Virus record (IMG/VR): IMGVR_UViG_3300012210_000006
Location: 5,860-69,859 of that record
Origin: a virus
Length of the DNA: 64,000 bases
Direction: 5' to 3' (one strand)
Below the pieces are notes generated by a model. It did no database searches and was not told the DNA's origin. It saw only the letters and a list, made by a program, of their open reading frames with translations. This document shows, in pieces, positions 16,771 to 26,731 of the stretch (position 1 is its first letter; every line of letters begins with the position of its first letter). Made by a program: the position numbers and the translations under genes.

Positions 16771-17490
16771 ATGGCGCAGAAGACTTTAACAGGTAGAAAT
16801 ATTCGTTGGTACTTCAATGGCGAACCTTTTGCTATGTCGCGCTTGACCATGTTGAAGCCTGATATTAATCAGGGTCTTGATAAGGTTTTGGAATGCGGTA
16901 ATCCGAATATTATCGAATATGCGAAGAAAGTTCCTGAAACTTCATTGTCTCTTGGTTTTACGATTATAAATAAGGCACAATTGGCTGTTGCCGTTGGTGA
17001 ATCTCTTTCGGTGACTGTAACAACGGGTGAAGTTCCCCCGTTGCCGGATAATATTGATATTGTTGAACGTCGGATACAACCTGGAACAGAAGGGACGACT
17101 TCTGAAGTTGTGCAAGGGTATTCAATTTATCAGGCAGTTATGATTGAGAAACAGGCGTTTGACCAGGAAGTTGATAAACTTCTTGCTGAAACGGTTTCTG
17201 CGAAATGTCGGGCTCCGCGTGACTTTGAAGGAATCAATGGGATCGCCTTTCAAAATTTCACTGGTAATGGTTCTACGACTGCGTTCTTGCTTGCTTCGCA
17301 TTCAGCGTTCAATATGCTTTCAGATGGGACTATGGCGATTCGAGTTGAAGCACCGTTAGGGAATGTTCTTCGCTATGGATCGGCAAACGATTATGTCACG
17401 GCCAGTACGTCGAGTACGACAACGGTTACATTTAATGTTGCTCCTGCTTCGAGCACGACTCCGAACGTGTTAGTCGTGTACGCTTTCTAA
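16771..17490 (+). CDS. Major tail (tube) protein with Ser/Thr-rich C-terminal domain
   Basis: Strong RBS, high-expression codons, siphovirus synteny; FTGNGSTTAF...VLVVY accessory domain. Confidence 0.75.
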   Translation: MAQKTLTGRNIRWYFNGEPFAMSRLTMLKPDINQGLDKVLECGNPNIIEYAKKVPETSLSLGFTIINKAQLAVAVGESLSVTVTTGEVPPLPDNIDIVERRIQPGTEGTTSEVVQGYSIYQAVMIEKQAFDQEVDKLLAETVSAKCRAPRDFEGINGIAFQNFTGNGSTTAFLLASHSAFNMLSDGTMAIRVEAPLGNVLRYGSANDYVTASTSSTTTVTFNVAPASSTTPNVLVVYAF

Positions 17491-17544
17491 GATATAGAAT
17501 TTACAAGCGGTTTGAAACCGCACAAGATTGAGGAGATTATTTCG

Positions 17545-17625
17545 GTGAATACTTATATCCTAAAAGTTCCACAATTAAAACTCTTTGGTATTAAATTACC
17601 TGAGAGTTTTTCTTTGTTGCAATAG
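17545..17625 (+). CDS. 26-aa micro-ORF
   Basis: GAGGAG RBS, GTG start, MNTYILKVPQLKLFGIKLPESFSLLQ. Confidence 0.35.
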   Translation: MNTYILKVPQLKLFGIKLPESFSLLQ

Positions 17626-17638
17626 GAGATTATTTAAA

Positions 17639-18880
17639 ATGTTTAATAAAAAACATAAAATTCTTGCTTTGTCAGATTTTGGTGTGAGCGGAATTTCCGA
17701 GAGCGCGATTGGGCCGCTTAAACATTGGCACGAACAGGGTTATGAAATTTTTCATCTTGCTTTGGGATTTAACGGAATATCTGCTGGAGTAGATGAGCGT
17801 TTATATCCTTGGAGAAATCGCCTTATGCCGGTTAATCCCGGTTCCGAAGCTACCAAATTCGGGCAATTGCAAATTAAAAACGCACTTGAAATTTCTCAAG
17901 CAGATGTTCTTCTTACCACGTTCGACGTTTGGATGTGTGCGTATATCTCGCAACCAGAAAATGCTACAAATTTAGACGAAGCAACGCGCAAAGTTTTGTC
18001 ACATCAACATCGTAAGTTTCACCATATCATGTTGTATCCGATAGATGGTGCTCAACAAAATAAATACTTGCCATTGGGAATGGAAGAATCAATACTTGGG
18101 GCTGACACTCCAATTACATATTCTAAGTTTTCGCAAAACTTGATGAAAACGAATTTCAATATCGAAGTTCCATATATCCCAATAGCACATGATCCTAAAA
18201 TATTTAAACCGATGGATAAAAAAGAATGTCGTCGGCAGTTGTATTTAAAAGAAGACGGTTTTTATTGCGCGATGGTCGGAACGAATCAATACCGAAAGTT
18301 GTTTGGAGATTTCTTTGACGGAGCAGTTCCGTTTGCAAAAGCACATGATGACGTGTATTTGATTCCCTTTACGACCTGGGATATGCAGATTTTGGGAGGG
18401 ACGGATATAAAATCTCATGTGTATAAATCAGGAATTGGTGATCGCATTATTGATCCCTCTAATCTTGTTGGAAAACTTTCTGCCGAGGGCATGAGCATGT
18501 TTTACAATGCTATGGATGTTATAGTATTGTGTACCGTTGGAGAAGGAGCCGGGCTTCCTCCATTGCGCGCCCGCGCTTGCGGCGTACCTGCGTTGGTGTC
18601 AGGTAATACTTCCAATATTGAGTTTGCGGGGCATCAGTTTGAGCTTATCAAGAATCGCGGCAAATACTACGATAATTTCGGTTCCAATCTTGAGCGATAC
18701 CTTACTGATACTAACGATCTTCGCGAAAAACTAGAAACCTTATATAATAATCCCTCATTTCGACATGAGGTGGGACAAGCGGGACTCGCACATATGAAAC
18801 AATTCGAAGTTGATAATGTAATGCCTGCGTGGGATAAAATTCTTGATAATATTCCTGATCGAACCGAAGAGGTGGCGTAA
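17639..18880 (+). CDS. GT-B (GT4-like) glycosyltransferase
   Basis: MVGTNQYRK, MFYNAMDV, EGAGLPPLRARACGVP motif of Glycos_transf_1 type; AGGAG RBS before ATG 17639. Confidence 0.88.
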   Translation: MFNKKHKILALSDFGVSGISESAIGPLKHWHEQGYEIFHLALGFNGISAGVDERLYPWRNRLMPVNPGSEATKFGQLQIKNALEISQADVLLTTFDVWMCAYISQPENATNLDEATRKVLSHQHRKFHHIMLYPIDGAQQNKYLPLGMEESILGADTPITYSKFSQNLMKTNFNIEVPYIPIAHDPKIFKPMDKKECRRQLYLKEDGFYCAMVGTNQYRKLFGDFFDGAVPFAKAHDDVYLIPFTTWDMQILGGTDIKSHVYKSGIGDRIIDPSNLVGKLSAEGMSMFYNAMDVIVLCTVGEGAGLPPLRARACGVPALVSGNTSNIEFAGHQFELIKNRGKYYDNFGSNLERYLTDTNDLREKLETLYNNPSFRHEVGQAGLAHMKQFEVDNVMPAWDKILDNIPDRTEEVA

Positions 18881-19515
18881 TGCGATATATAATTATTTCG
18901 CCAAACCAAATTAACGATCCTCATGTGTATAAAATTGCACAACTTCGAAATGAGTTTATGCATAATGCTAGAGTGGTGAATGGCGATGAAGTCGAATCTA
19001 TGGAAATTATTGATTTTAGTATTTTCGATTATCAGTATGAGGATTTTTATAAAAACTTTAATGAAAAGAAAGAACTTGACGGCTCCTGGAAATCTATGTG
19101 CTTTCTTAATGAAGAAGTTTTACCTGATCTTAGAAAAACTTTGGTAAGTTTAATTCGGGATAAAGAAAAAGATATTATACATGTTGATCTTGGGAAATCA
19201 ATTCTGCCTTTATATCTTGCGTATTTCGCAATTCTCGAAGGTGTTGCCCTTAACGTAACATTTCATGTTCCTGATCCTACCGATGAGAAACCAAGTTTTA
19301 ATATTGGAGGAGATAGCGCATATTCAAATCCTCGGAATAATCTGCGTCGTTATCTCGCAACACAGATTATGAAAAATGCAATGACTGTTTTTATTGATGA
19401 TCCCCGCATTGTTCAAATTCTTAATCATTTGTTCCCTCGTGTAAATCGCGAGATTCATCTTGATCCTCTTGTTCGTATAGAAAAAGAAGAGAGCGAGTTA
19501 CAAAATGTTAAATGA
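18880..19515 (+). CDS. Hypothetical protein resembling a GT-B N-terminal Rossmann domain
   Basis: MRYIIIS...DIIHVD...VTFH...A.TVF pattern; coupled to the GT gene. Confidence 0.5.
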   Translation: MRYIIISPNQINDPHVYKIAQLRNEFMHNARVVNGDEVESMEIIDFSIFDYQYEDFYKNFNEKKELDGSWKSMCFLNEEVLPDLRKTLVSLIRDKEKDIIHVDLGKSILPLYLAYFAILEGVALNVTFHVPDPTDEKPSFNIGGDSAYSNPRNNLRRYLATQIMKNAMTVFIDDPRIVQILNHLFPRVNREIHLDPLVRIEKEESELQNVK

Positions 19516-19732
19516 TCGCGAAAAACTCAAGGACTTTGTTACCTCTACAATCGAGCAGAGATTTGGTGTTATTGCCGATAGCATTAGAAATTTTATTGAA
19601 AAGAAAGAAATTTCTGGAGTTGTCGGAGAGATACTTCAAAAGTTCGCGAGAACCCAAGGGAATTACGCGATACGGACGATCCATCAACATCTGGACTGCA
19701 ATGATGTTACTCATAAAAATAAAGGAGATTAG
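19505..19732 (+). CDS. Hypothetical protein
   Basis: Fills the gap with overlapping start. Confidence 0.5.
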   Translation: MLNDREKLKDFVTSTIEQRFGVIADSIRNFIEKKEISGVVGEILQKFARTQGNYAIRTIHQHLDCNDVTHKNKGD

Positions 19733-19734
19733 TC

Positions 19735-20196
19735 ATGTCAGTTATACGCATTCCCCGTAAAATTAAAACCTTTGAGTATGAAGGTGCTAAGTTTGGTCTT
19801 CGTCGTCTTCGTGTTGGAGAAATGGCGGAACTAACCCGTCTTACTTCGCTGTATCTTGCTTCAACGAGAAAAGAATTGAAGCAAGTTGTTGAAGATAAGA
19901 TTACTGAATTTGCTGTTGTTCAAGGTGATCTTGGACTCATGCACGATGCACAGGTGTATTTGGCAAAGACGGCGGTCATTGATGTTACATCTCAATTGCC
20001 GATTTTCTCTGGAGATGAAAAGATTGAAGACATTGATAACGATTTTATTAATGTTGTTTGGAATACCTACAATACTACCGATGAAGTAAAATCATCTGTG
20101 CCGGATGATAAGAAAGAAGAACCTGCCCGCCCTTTGGACCTAAAAACGACCCCGTTAACGACGACATTAAGCTCCGCAGAAACATCCTCAGTATAG
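19735..20196 (+). CDS. Tail assembly chaperone (gpG-like)
   Basis: AAGGAG RBS; upstream of TMP; slippery heptamer near the 3' end. Confidence 0.8.
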   Translation: MSVIRIPRKIKTFEYEGAKFGLRRLRVGEMAELTRLTSLYLASTRKELKQVVEDKITEFAVVQGDLGLMHDAQVYLAKTAVIDVTSQLPIFSGDEKIEDIDNDFINVVWNTYNTTDEVKSSVPDDKKEEPARPLDLKTTPLTTTLSSAETSSV

Positions 20197-20426
20197 CAGA
20201 GTATTTCCATATAAACCCCTTAGACGTTTGTAAATGGGAATATTGCTATTTTCTTGAAGTAGTAGAGGATGTAAATCGTTTCGTCGAGGAGAAGAATGCT
20301 CGGCAAAATGACAAGGTTCCTGAGCCGGAAAGAAACGAAGACGGAACATACTTTAATACTGAGTTTCAAGAAGCACATGAAATGTCAGCGGAAGAAATGC
20401 TCGCCGAATTAAAGGGAGATTTCTAA
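20130..20426 (+). CDS. -1 frameshift extension of the tail chaperone (gpGT-like)
   Basis: C CCT TTG (X XXY YYZ) at 20130-20136; the -1 frame is open for 98 codons to the TAA adjacent to the TMP start. Confidence 0.85.
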   Translation, partial: PFGPKNDPVNDDIKLRRNILSIAEYFHINPLDVCKWEYCYFLEVVEDVNRFVEEKNARQNDKVPEPERNEDGTYFNTEFQEAHEMSAEEMLAELKGDF

Positions 20427-23400
20427 GTGTTTGAGCGGAGTATTGGAATACGATTAACTTTGTTGCCTGCCTTTGCAGAAGCGACAAAGTTAATCTTGTC
20501 TGATATTGGGGAAATTAATAAGGGTCTTCAAAGCATCAATGAAAATGGCAGTAAAATTAATGTAGATGGCTTGAAGGTTCTTAATACTGAATTGAGTAGT
20601 TTGGTTGGCGGAGCAAATGCAGCGGCAAAAGCAATAACAGAGCTTAACGGAATTAAAATAACAAAAAATACCTTATCTGCAATGCAAATAGGCTTACAAG
20701 AAGTAAGTGTTTCGGCAAAACAAACGCAAAAAGATATTGCGGGACTTGGCGATCAAACTGCACAAACAGCAAAAGTTATCGAAGAGGAAGTCGGAGCAGC
20801 GGCTAAATCATTTTCAATTTTAGGTCAACAAATATTAAATGCTGAGAGAGCATTAGCCAAACTTGGCTTGTTTGCAATGCCGAATATGAATACGTCGATA
20901 ATCGGTATGCATAATATTGTTTCTGAAATAATGCTTGCGGAATCTGCAATGCGTCGCTTAGATTCGTTTGCTCCGCGACAACTTGAGGATACGGTTCTTC
21001 GTCTGAATTCAGGGCTCCAAAATTTACGGATGTTGGCAAGTAGTCAACAGCCCCTTATGCTCGGTCCTGGGCCTGCTTGGGCTACAGGCAACGCGGCATA
21101 TAATAATGCGCGCACAATGTCTCTTGGGGCAGGCGCGGCACCAGAACAGGCTCCTTGGACTTCAGTTAGAGGTAATTCTCCCTATATGCTCGGTCCTGGG
21201 CAATGGAGCGGAAATAATATAACGCCATATGCTCTAAATCAAGGAATTAATCCACAGTCAACCCCATATGAGCCAGGTAACCGTGGACAAGTTTATGAGG
21301 GTCCTGGTGCGATTACACCATATGTTCAAGATTTGGGACGCGGACAATGGCAGTCTCGTAATATACCAGGTTCTCCGAATTATGGACCGATGATCCCGGC
21401 GAATTATGGTAGTGAAGGCACAATGAATGCTGGTCGTGGGATTATGCGACATGGCGATGTAATGCAATCTGCTGGTTGGTCAGGAGCAATGAATGCAATT
21501 ATTCTTGAAAGTGTTTTAAGTCCGCTTGTTAAGTCACAAATGGATATTCAGGATTTATATGGTGTTGCCGGAGAAGCATTGCAGGCAGTAGGGGCAAGAC
21601 CTAAGAATTATCAAAATATTATGTCTGGAGCAGAAGAGGCCTCTACGAAATATGGTGGTTCACTTCGCGAAAATGTTTCAGGGATGTACACTTTTGCATC
21701 TTCTGTTCCTACTCTTTCTAAGATTAATTGGAATGACCCACAACAAGCGGAATTAATGAAAAAATCATATGAGAAAATAACCGAAGGAAGTATTATTGCT
21801 GGTCGCTCAACACATCCTGTTTCACAGGAACATTCTATATTAGATATTTTAGCATCTGTTACTAATCTTGGCATGCCTATGAAGAACGCTAAAGAACTTG
21901 GAAATTCGATTAACGTCTTAACTGATGTTTTTACAAATATTAAGAATTCAACTTCTACGGACTTTGATTTACTTGGGACAACTGTTAGAAATGTTGGAGC
22001 AGTTGCCCACAATATGGGAGTATCTTGGCAAGACACGATGGCCCTTACGGGATTACTTGCTGAAGGTAAATATCGTGGTTCGATTGCTGGTACATCTTTA
22101 AAACGTATTTTTTCTCGTCAGGCAATGGACCCTAAGCAGGCTGCAAAAATGGAGGAACTTGTCGCTTCATTTGGTGGCAATGTTTCTATGTATGATAAAC
22201 AAGGGGCAGCGTTATCTCCCTTGGGTTTCTTCGCAAATATTGCCAAATTTGAAGATCAACATTTGCGTGGACCTAATGGAGCAAAAGCAAGGTCAAAATT
22301 AGAAGGTTCTCTCTCTGGTTTATATGCTGGTGCTCCTATGGGAGAGCTAGTTAATCTTGCTCGTGGTTTTGGAGGGAGTGAAGGTCTTAAAAAATATGAA
22401 AAAGATTTAGTTGGCGGGGCTCCTGGTGCAACTGATAGAGCATATCAAACACGAGATATGAATGGTCAAAATATTAAAATCGAAGGACAGAAGGTTGATA
22501 ATTCTTGGCAATTAGAAATGCACAAGACGTTTGTAATGATGCAACCTGACCTTGTAAATGCATTGCATGGAATTCAAAAACTTATTGGTATATGGCATGG
22601 TATGTCTGATCCGGTGAAGAAATTTATTTTAGATGCTGCTGCACTTGCATTGGGATTATCGGCGATCACCGGCATTAGTGGTATTCTTATTGGGAATTTC
22701 TTAAAGATGGGAGGAACATTAATATTCCTGAGTGGTAATGCCTTGAAACTTGTAGAACATTTTAGCGGATTTGTTTCCATTATCCCTCGCATGATTGCTG
22801 GTGCAAGCGGACTTGTTGTTGCAATGGGACCTATTGGTTGGACAATTTCCGCAGTAATTCTTGCAGTTGGAGCATTAGCTATTGCCTGGTCGAAAGATTG
22901 GGGTGGTATACGTGAAAAAACTGCTGAGGCAACTTCTGGAATTACTACTGAGTTTCATAATATTATGAATGGATTATCAAATCTTGCTCAATCGGGAATG
23001 ACCTATGCAAAACAATTTGGAGATGGAGTTGTTCATGGTTTTCAGGATGTCGCGTCACGAGTTAAAAGTGCATTAAATCCAATTGGTAATCTTTTTCCAC
23101 ATTCAGAACCGAAGGATTCATCTTCTCCTCTTGCTGGAATGGGACATTCTGGACAAGCATACAGCGATCAATTTATTGAAGCAGCAATTATGGGGTTTGG
23201 AAGTGGGGCAAAGAAAGTTAAGAAAGCTGCAAAACCTATTGGAGATGTTTTCATTGAATTAAAATCTGAAAGTGTGCAACATGTTCAAGAAATGGCAAAA
23301 CAAATCGAACAGGAATTAATTAAGGCTGGTACGATTGTAAAAAATCGTTGGATTGATCTGTATAATCCTAAAACCGGACAAATTACAAGAGTACATGGAG

Positions 23401-25613
23401 ATATCCAGGCATATAGGGTAGCAGTTGGTAAAACTGAGCATGATGATTCAGTCCAAAAAGCCCATGATTATTTACAAAAGATTCATCGTGAAATTTTATC
23501 TGGTATGCCGGTGAATATTGATAAGGCAATTGCGACATTAACAAGTTTATCTGTTCATGCATTATCCGAACATGCAATGGCTCAAATTAATCAAATGATC
23601 TTTATGCTTCGTGGAGCATCGGAAAAAGCTGGAAATGAAATCAAAAAAGCATTTGAATCTAAAAAGACAAGTTTTGATTCTCAATTACAAACCGTGAATA
23701 ATGCTGGAAATAGATTTGATCTTATTCAACAGGATTCAAAAATCCCTACTTTAAGTAGTGAACCAACTTCCAAGGAACTGCAATCCGTAATTAAGGCTGA
23801 AACCTCTGAGAGAAATATCCTTGCTTCTGTACTTTTGAACGAGAATGAAGATGTAACGAGATTACAAGGAACATATGAAAAATTAGAAAAAGATATTGCC
23901 ACATTAAATGGAACATCTAAATATGAAGCACAAATTAGAGCACAATTAAAGGGAGAATTATCTGCTGCTAATGATGAGTATGGGCAAGTAACAGCAAAAA
24001 TGACACAACAGAAGGCCGTTGTTGATGGATTAACTGCATCAGTAAAACAGCAAACGGATGCGATTCATAAAACAAAAGACACCTGGTCAGGGATGTTCTA
24101 CAATATTCAACAGCATAACGCTGCAATATTAATAGACCAGAATTTTAAATCGCTTGCCGATCATGTACAGAATTATTTTAATCTTCAGAATTCCTCAATG
24201 GGTTCTGCTGGTAATTCTGCTGGTCGTCAACAGGCAAACAATTTTGCTAATCAGGCGATTCAACAATTATTTCAACAGATGTTTGATACCTCTGCAACCT
24301 CAAGTTTAGTTGAGAAAATTTTTTCGGGACATGCTGGTAAAAAGGGGAATAAGCATGAAGCGGCGATACCTCCGACTCTTGCGGAAACAAAATTAATTGA
24401 ACACATAGGAAAGGCAAATACACAATTAGATAAGATTGCAAAAAATACGGAATATTTAAATCCAAAGAATATTAGCGGTATGCCTACTCCTGTGACAATG
24501 TTCGATCAATCGGGTGGAACCGATCTTGGACAATCTTTGGTTGATGTGCAGAATGCTATTCTTAATAATAATGTAAGTGCAACATATAGCGGTGGAAGTA
24601 GTATCTCTAATAATGCGGGAGAAAAATCTAGTTCACAAACTTCATTGCAGAAATTCCAAGGTTTAGCAGGACAAGTTTCTGAGGGATTAAGTTTAATTAA
24701 TGGATTAAAAGCAGGTGGATTAGGCGGAGCGATTCAATCTGGCTCTACTGCATTTCAAATGACAGGTAATCCATATATTGCTGGAGCAGCAGCATTAGTT
24801 GGTTTCCTTGGTATTGGTCCTCATGAAACACCGGCACAGCAACCTGATCTTAATGATACAACATATCAACAACTCTTACCAAATTGGGCCGGAACGCAAC
24901 AAATCCTTGGTAATCAGGTAATCCAACCGAATCAACAATATTCAAAGTATGCTGGTAATCAGAATATGGCTCAACAAACATATTCGTTTATTTCTAATCC
25001 ATCCTCACAAATTGGGATGAACCCTCAACAAATACAACAAATACAACAACTGCAAGCTTTAGCGAATAATAAATCCGGGATCAGTATGGGAGCATCAGGA
25101 TTAGCAATCAAATCGGAACACCAGGGACAATTAACGCTTGCATCTGGACAAACTATTTCTGTTACAGATTTTGAAACCCTTGTAAATAGTTCACAAGGTA
25201 TGTTATCAGCATTCAATAATAATGTTCTTCAGCAGCAGCAAAATGCTGATCGTCTTGCATCTTCATTTACTTCATTTGTATTAAATGGACCACAGGGATT
25301 TAAGATGCCGGATTTTGTTGGGGGTGGTTCCGGTGGACTAGGTGTACACCATGTAATTCCTTCTACTGGTGCAAGTTCGACAATTAGAACATCTAATATG
25401 GGATTATCGAATACCGTTGGAGATTTAGGGCAAAATCAACAACCTGCTCCAATTACGATTAATATCCTACAGGGTGGTTCGATTCATGGTTCTGACCAGG
25501 CATCTATTCAGGCAGCAATTCAAGCAGAGATTCCATCTATTATTCAAGCTGTTGGTGGATCACATAATACAACAACGAGGTTAACGGGTTCTTATGTTTC
25601 TAATACCTTTTGA
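20427..25613 (+). CDS. Tape measure protein
   Basis: 1728 aa, Ala/Gly/Gln-rich; TP901-type core (DLLGTTVRNVGAVA...GSIAGTSLKRIF); follows the chaperone. Confidence 0.93.
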   Translation: MFERSIGIRLTLLPAFAEATKLILSDIGEINKGLQSINENGSKINVDGLKVLNTELSSLVGGANAAAKAITELNGIKITKNTLSAMQIGLQEVSVSAKQTQKDIAGLGDQTAQTAKVIEEEVGAAAKSFSILGQQILNAERALAKLGLFAMPNMNTSIIGMHNIVSEIMLAESAMRRLDSFAPRQLEDTVLRLNSGLQNLRMLASSQQPLMLGPGPAWATGNAAYNNARTMSLGAGAAPEQAPWTSVRGNSPYMLGPGQWSGNNITPYALNQGINPQSTPYEPGNRGQVYEGPGAITPYVQDLGRGQWQSRNIPGSPNYGPMIPANYGSEGTMNAGRGIMRHGDVMQSAGWSGAMNAIILESVLSPLVKSQMDIQDLYGVAGEALQAVGARPKNYQNIMSGAEEASTKYGGSLRENVSGMYTFASSVPTLSKINWNDPQQAELMKKSYEKITEGSIIAGRSTHPVSQEHSILDILASVTNLGMPMKNAKELGNSINVLTDVFTNIKNSTSTDFDLLGTTVRNVGAVAHNMGVSWQDTMALTGLLAEGKYRGSIAGTSLKRIFSRQAMDPKQAAKMEELVASFGGNVSMYDKQGAALSPLGFFANIAKFEDQHLRGPNGAKARSKLEGSLSGLYAGAPMGELVNLARGFGGSEGLKKYEKDLVGGAPGATDRAYQTRDMNGQNIKIEGQKVDNSWQLEMHKTFVMMQPDLVNALHGIQKLIGIWHGMSDPVKKFILDAAALALGLSAITGISGILIGNFLKMGGTLIFLSGNALKLVEHFSGFVSIIPRMIAGASGLVVAMGPIGWTISAVILAVGALAIAWSKDWGGIREKTAEATSGITTEFHNIMNGLSNLAQSGMTYAKQFGDGVVHGFQDVASRVKSALNPIGNLFPHSEPKDSSSPLAGMGHSGQAYSDQFIEAAIMGFGSGAKKVKKAAKPIGDVFIELKSESVQHVQEMAKQIEQELIKAGTIVKNRWIDLYNPKTGQITRVHGDIQAYRVAVGKTEHDDSVQKAHDYLQKIHREILSGMPVNIDKAIATLTSLSVHALSEHAMAQINQMIFMLRGASEKAGNEIKKAFESKKTSFDSQLQTVNNAGNRFDLIQQDSKIPTLSSEPTSKELQSVIKAETSERNILASVLLNENEDVTRLQGTYEKLEKDIATLNGTSKYEAQIRAQLKGELSAANDEYGQVTAKMTQQKAVVDGLTASVKQQTDAIHKTKDTWSGMFYNIQQHNAAILIDQNFKSLADHVQNYFNLQNSSMGSAGNSAGRQQANNFANQAIQQLFQQMFDTSATSSLVEKIFSGHAGKKGNKHEAAIPPTLAETKLIEHIGKANTQLDKIAKNTEYLNPKNISGMPTPVTMFDQSGGTDLGQSLVDVQNAILNNNVSATYSGGSSISNNAGEKSSSQTSLQKFQGLAGQVSEGLSLINGLKAGGLGGAIQSGSTAFQMTGNPYIAGAAALVGFLGIGPHETPAQQPDLNDTTYQQLLPNWAGTQQILGNQVIQPNQQYSKYAGNQNMAQQTYSFISNPSSQIGMNPQQIQQIQQLQALANNKSGISMGASGLAIKSEHQGQLTLASGQTISVTDFETLVNSSQGMLSAFNNNVLQQQQNADRLASSFTSFVLNGPQGFKMPDFVGGGSGGLGVHHVIPSTGASSTIRTSNMGLSNTVGDLGQNQQPAPITINILQGGSIHGSDQASIQAAIQAEIPSIIQAVGGSHNTTTRLTGSYVSNTF

Positions 25614-25628
25614 GAAAGGAGGAATAAT

Positions 25629-26600
25629 ATGGCAATCACGCTTACTCCGCAATGGTTGATTGATAATGTGGCATTACCTCGTAATCCGAATTCCTTTAAA
25701 TATACTTTTGATAAGGTAAATGCGACATATGAAAAACAAGCAGATGGTCGTCAAATTCGTATATCTGCTCCTAAATTGCAAACAGCTATCGACATTGTTT
25801 TAACATGGAAATATGCGCCACGTCGTATTATCCGCTCAATTTTACAATACTGTAATCGGACAACTATTGAATTCGATCAACCTCATATTATCACAATTAC
25901 AGGAATTCAACCTCCTCTTATTATTAAGGGATGGTTTGATACGCCGGAAATAACAATGTCTCAGGAAAATGTAACATCTAGAGTTGGAGAGGGAGGTACA
26001 TTTCAAGATTTACAATTAACACTACGATCAGATGCATTTGGTTTTCAGTCTGCTAATTTTATTCCAACAGGTTCATCGGCGATATATGCTACAATTGCTT
26101 CTAATTTTGGTGGAATAATTGGCAATTCCTTAGATTATTTACCTGCTTCACAATGGGATGGTGTTTCATATTGGCAGCAACCTTTTGCTTCTTCTACTAA
26201 TATGACAATTTGGAATCTTGGAGATCAACAATGGTATCCAATGATTCAAATAAATGGCCCATTTACGAGTTTTACATTAATTCAAAACAGTATTAAATTA
26301 TCATATGCGGCGCAACTGGTTCAATTTCTTTGGACAGGAGGCGCAGTTGCATCTGGAAATGCAGTTATTTATGATATGATGCAGAATCGTTGTTATCTTG
26401 TGACCGCTTCTGGAACAGTCAATACTGAAGTATATACGTATGCACTCCAAACAACTGGAGATAATTTACCATTTGGTTATTATCCCGGTTTAGTTGTTGG
26501 AAGCAATTCTTTTTCTATTTTAGCAACAGGTTCTTTTACTGCTGCAACAAATATAGATTTTTCCCATAATGGAGCAGAACGCTTTAGGTATTGGGGATAA
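25629..26600 (+). CDS. Distal tail protein (Dit-like)
   Basis: Directly after TMP; WNLGDQQWYPMIQINGP pattern. Confidence 0.65.
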   Translation: MAITLTPQWLIDNVALPRNPNSFKYTFDKVNATYEKQADGRQIRISAPKLQTAIDIVLTWKYAPRRIIRSILQYCNRTTIEFDQPHIITITGIQPPLIIKGWFDTPEITMSQENVTSRVGEGGTFQDLQLTLRSDAFGFQSANFIPTGSSAIYATIASNFGGIIGNSLDYLPASQWDGVSYWQQPFASSTNMTIWNLGDQQWYPMIQINGPFTSFTLIQNSIKLSYAAQLVQFLWTGGAVASGNAVIYDMMQNRCYLVTASGTVNTEVYTYALQTTGDNLPFGYYPGLVVGSNSFSILATGSFTAATNIDFSHNGAERFRYWG

Positions 26601-26601
26601 T

Positions 26602-26730
26602 ATGAGGGCAATAAAAAACTTACAAGATTTTCAATTACATGATTTCGTAAGTTATAATTTTAAAAATTATCAAATGTATTATATTATTATCTATGATACA
26701 AATTTCGTTTGTCAAGTGAGTAAGAATTAA
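26602..26730 (+). CDS. 42-aa hypothetical micro-protein
   Basis: Fills the Dit-Tal gap exactly. Confidence 0.35.
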   Translation: MRAIKNLQDFQLHDFVSYNFKNYQMYYIIIYDTNFVCQVSKN

Positions 26731-26731
26731 A

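Noticed and set aside
25026-25052. CAACAAATA short tandem repeat
   Set aside because: Simply encodes QQIQQIQQL within the Gln-rich TMP tail; not a phase-variable tract
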